Source: Raja brachyura (taxonomy: Eukaryota). From it: DNA of 64,000 bases. The stretch covers positions 24,862,001 through 24,926,000 of the forward strand of contig OY740800.1 of NCBI GenBank assembly GCA_963514005.1, read 5' to 3'. The notes beneath the pieces were generated by a model. That model saw only the letters and a program-made list of their open reading frames with translations. It did not search any database and was not told the DNA's origin. Positions 62,280-64,000 of the stretch are shown piece by piece. The position numbers and the translations under genes are program-made. Numbering within the stretch: the first letter of the stretch is position 1; each line of letters begins with the position of its first letter.

Positions 62280-62945
62280 GATGTCAGTGGTGTTGAATGG
62301 GGGATCAGTACAGGATGAATGGGGGTGCAGTACAGGATGCATGAGGTAGACAAAAATGCTGGAGAAATTCAGCGGGTGAGGCAGCATCTATGGAGCTAAG
62401 GAAATAGGCAACGTTTCGGATCGAGACCCTTCTTCAGACTGTTACCCCCATTCTTCTTGAATGGGGGGGATCAGTACAGGATGGATGGGGGGGGGGATCA
62501 GCACAAGATGAATGGGGGGGATCAGTACAGAATGAATGGGGGTTCAGGACAGTGTGGATCAGAGGGTCTGTGCAGGATGAATGGGGGGGGGGATCACTAC
62601 AGGATGAATGGGGGATCAGTACGGGATGAATGAGGGGATTAGTAAAAGATGAATTGGGAGATCACTACAGGATGGATGGGGGGTTTGGTGCAGGGTAAAT
62701 GGAAGGTGGGTCAGTACGGGATGAATGGGAGGATCAGTGCAGCGTGAATGGGGGGGAGAAGTGGGGGGAAGGGGGGTCAGTACAGGATGAATTGGGGGAC
62801 CAGTGTAGGTTTGGGGGGGGGGGGGGGGTTGGCAGGAGAATCAATGCGAGGTGGGTAGGGTAATGAATAGATGGGGAGGGGAGCACAGGGGATGTCAGTG
62901 AGGACTGAATAGAGGAGGGAATGGGGATCAGTGCGGGATGGAGAG
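62280..62945 (+). repeat. Degenerate G-rich minisatellite (GGGGGATCAGTACAGGATGAAT)n
   Basis: More than 12 imperfect units of about 22-26 bp, interrupted by a Penelope unit at about 62345-62440. Confidence 0.85.
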
Positions 62946-64000
62946 GAGGGATGCCAGGATAAGAGGTGTGGAGGGGTGCGTACAAGAGAGAGAGAGAATG
63001 AGAGAGAGAGAGAGAGAAAGGGGGGGGAAGGGGCAGAGGAGGTGGGGAGGAAAGAACGTCAGTGATCCTCGGACAACATCGCCCCGCTGCCTTGGCTGTC
63101 CCTGTCCAACACCAAAGTGCCGCCAGCAAAGGGGGAGGTGGTTGGGAACTCGTCGCCACCGCCTCCCCTCCTCCGCCAGCCGACAGCAAGGTGCGGGGCC
63201 GAGCGGTGCAGCTCAAAGATCCGATTGCCATAGGATCTTTGGTGCAGCTGCTTCAGACGGCGGAAGGAGGCCTCAGCCTCCCTCTCTCCCTCTCTCCCTC
63301 TCTCCCTCTCTCCCTCTCTCCCTCTCTCCCTCTCTCCCCCTCTCCCCCTCCTTCCCTCCTCCTGGCCTTGGTGTGCGAGAGGGGTTGTATTGAAAGCGCC
63401 GTTAACGGATTTGCAGGCAGCGGCCGTTTTGGTTATCAGGGCGATAGCGGCCGCTGCCTGCAAATCAAAAGCTACTGCTGCAAATCCACCAACTGCGCTT
63501 TCAAAACAACCCCTCTCGCACGCCGAGGAGGGAGGGAGGGAGGGAGGGAGGGTGGGTGGGAGGGAGGGGGCGATGGAGGGAGAGGGAGGGAGGGAGAGGG
63601 AGGACTCCTTCGGTCGGGCGGAGTGCGGGAGGAGGAGGCGGTAGAGCCACAGTCGCGGCCGCTGCTGCCGCTGTTCAGAGCCCGTCATTCGCTCTGACCC
63701 TTCGTCACCACGCACCTGGTATCGTTGCCCCACAATCAAAGATACTAGAGGAATACAGCCGTCAACACGAAACGTCACGCTCCTATTCTCCAGAGATGTT
63801 GCCTGACCCGCGGAGTTACGCCAGTTTTTGTGTCTATCGGTATAAGCCAGTATTTGCTTGCCAAGCCGGGCAAAATGAGTACGGCGTTTAGGTTGCCCGG
63901 CAGCACTTTGGGTGGTCATTGGCAGCCGGGCAACCGCTAATTTCGAGCCCTGGTTGCTGCCTTACAGTGCCAGTGACCCACATTTGATCCCGACTATCGG

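Larger units (their letters stand above)
61104..63952. mobile_element. Non-autonomous CAGGGCTC-ended DNA element, copy 2 (5-bp TSD, hAT5-like)
   Basis: Termini CAGGGCTC / GAGCCCTG with perfect TSD GTTGC (61099-61103 / 63953-63957), inside an HE1 SINE head that resumes at 63953. Confidence 0.88.

Noticed and set aside
62734-63919. Overlapping 150-290-aa ORFs
   Set aside because: GC-rich, low-complexity and palindromic transposon interior with no recognisable domain
41615-64000. Downstream ZDHHC17 exons (EIKPQSHYNHGY..., ankyrin repeats)
   Set aside because: No matching peptide seen; exon 2 presumably lies beyond the window, though a short divergent exon could have been missed

Overview
Repeat-dense vertebrate genomic DNA, most likely from a cartilaginous fish (skate/ray-like). 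This is inferred from HE1-type V-SINEs, CR1/HER1-type LINE tails and abundant Penelope-derived repeats. A 200-N scaffold gap lies at 30463-30662. The only host gene recognised with confidence is coding exon 1 of ZDHHC17 (HIP14 palmitoyltransferase, + strand, 41549-41614). It is preceded by a very compact CpG-rich promoter, an out-of-frame uORF and a 48 x 26-bp minisatellite; exon 2 was not found, so the rest of the window is presumably intron 1. A candidate first coding exon on the minus strand (5025-5126) may belong to the divergent neighbour (OSBPL8 by human synteny; unconfirmed). Mobile DNA includes a complete decayed hAT element with 8-bp TSD, a Tc1 IR/DR element, two copies of a non-autonomous CAGGGCTC-ended DNA element with 5-bp TSDs, a near-full ORF2 CR1 nested in a Rex1/Babar element, an L1 tail and Neptune-like Penelope GIY-YIG fragments. 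The most notable signal is dozens of short Penelope-terminal units carrying a minimal hammerhead-ribozyme core (CTGAAGA-A-stem II-GAAACGTC). Many are inserted as 110-220-bp, often self-complementary cassettes flanked by 13-16-bp target-site duplications. All calls are by eye, with no database searches, and boundaries of decayed repeats are approximate.
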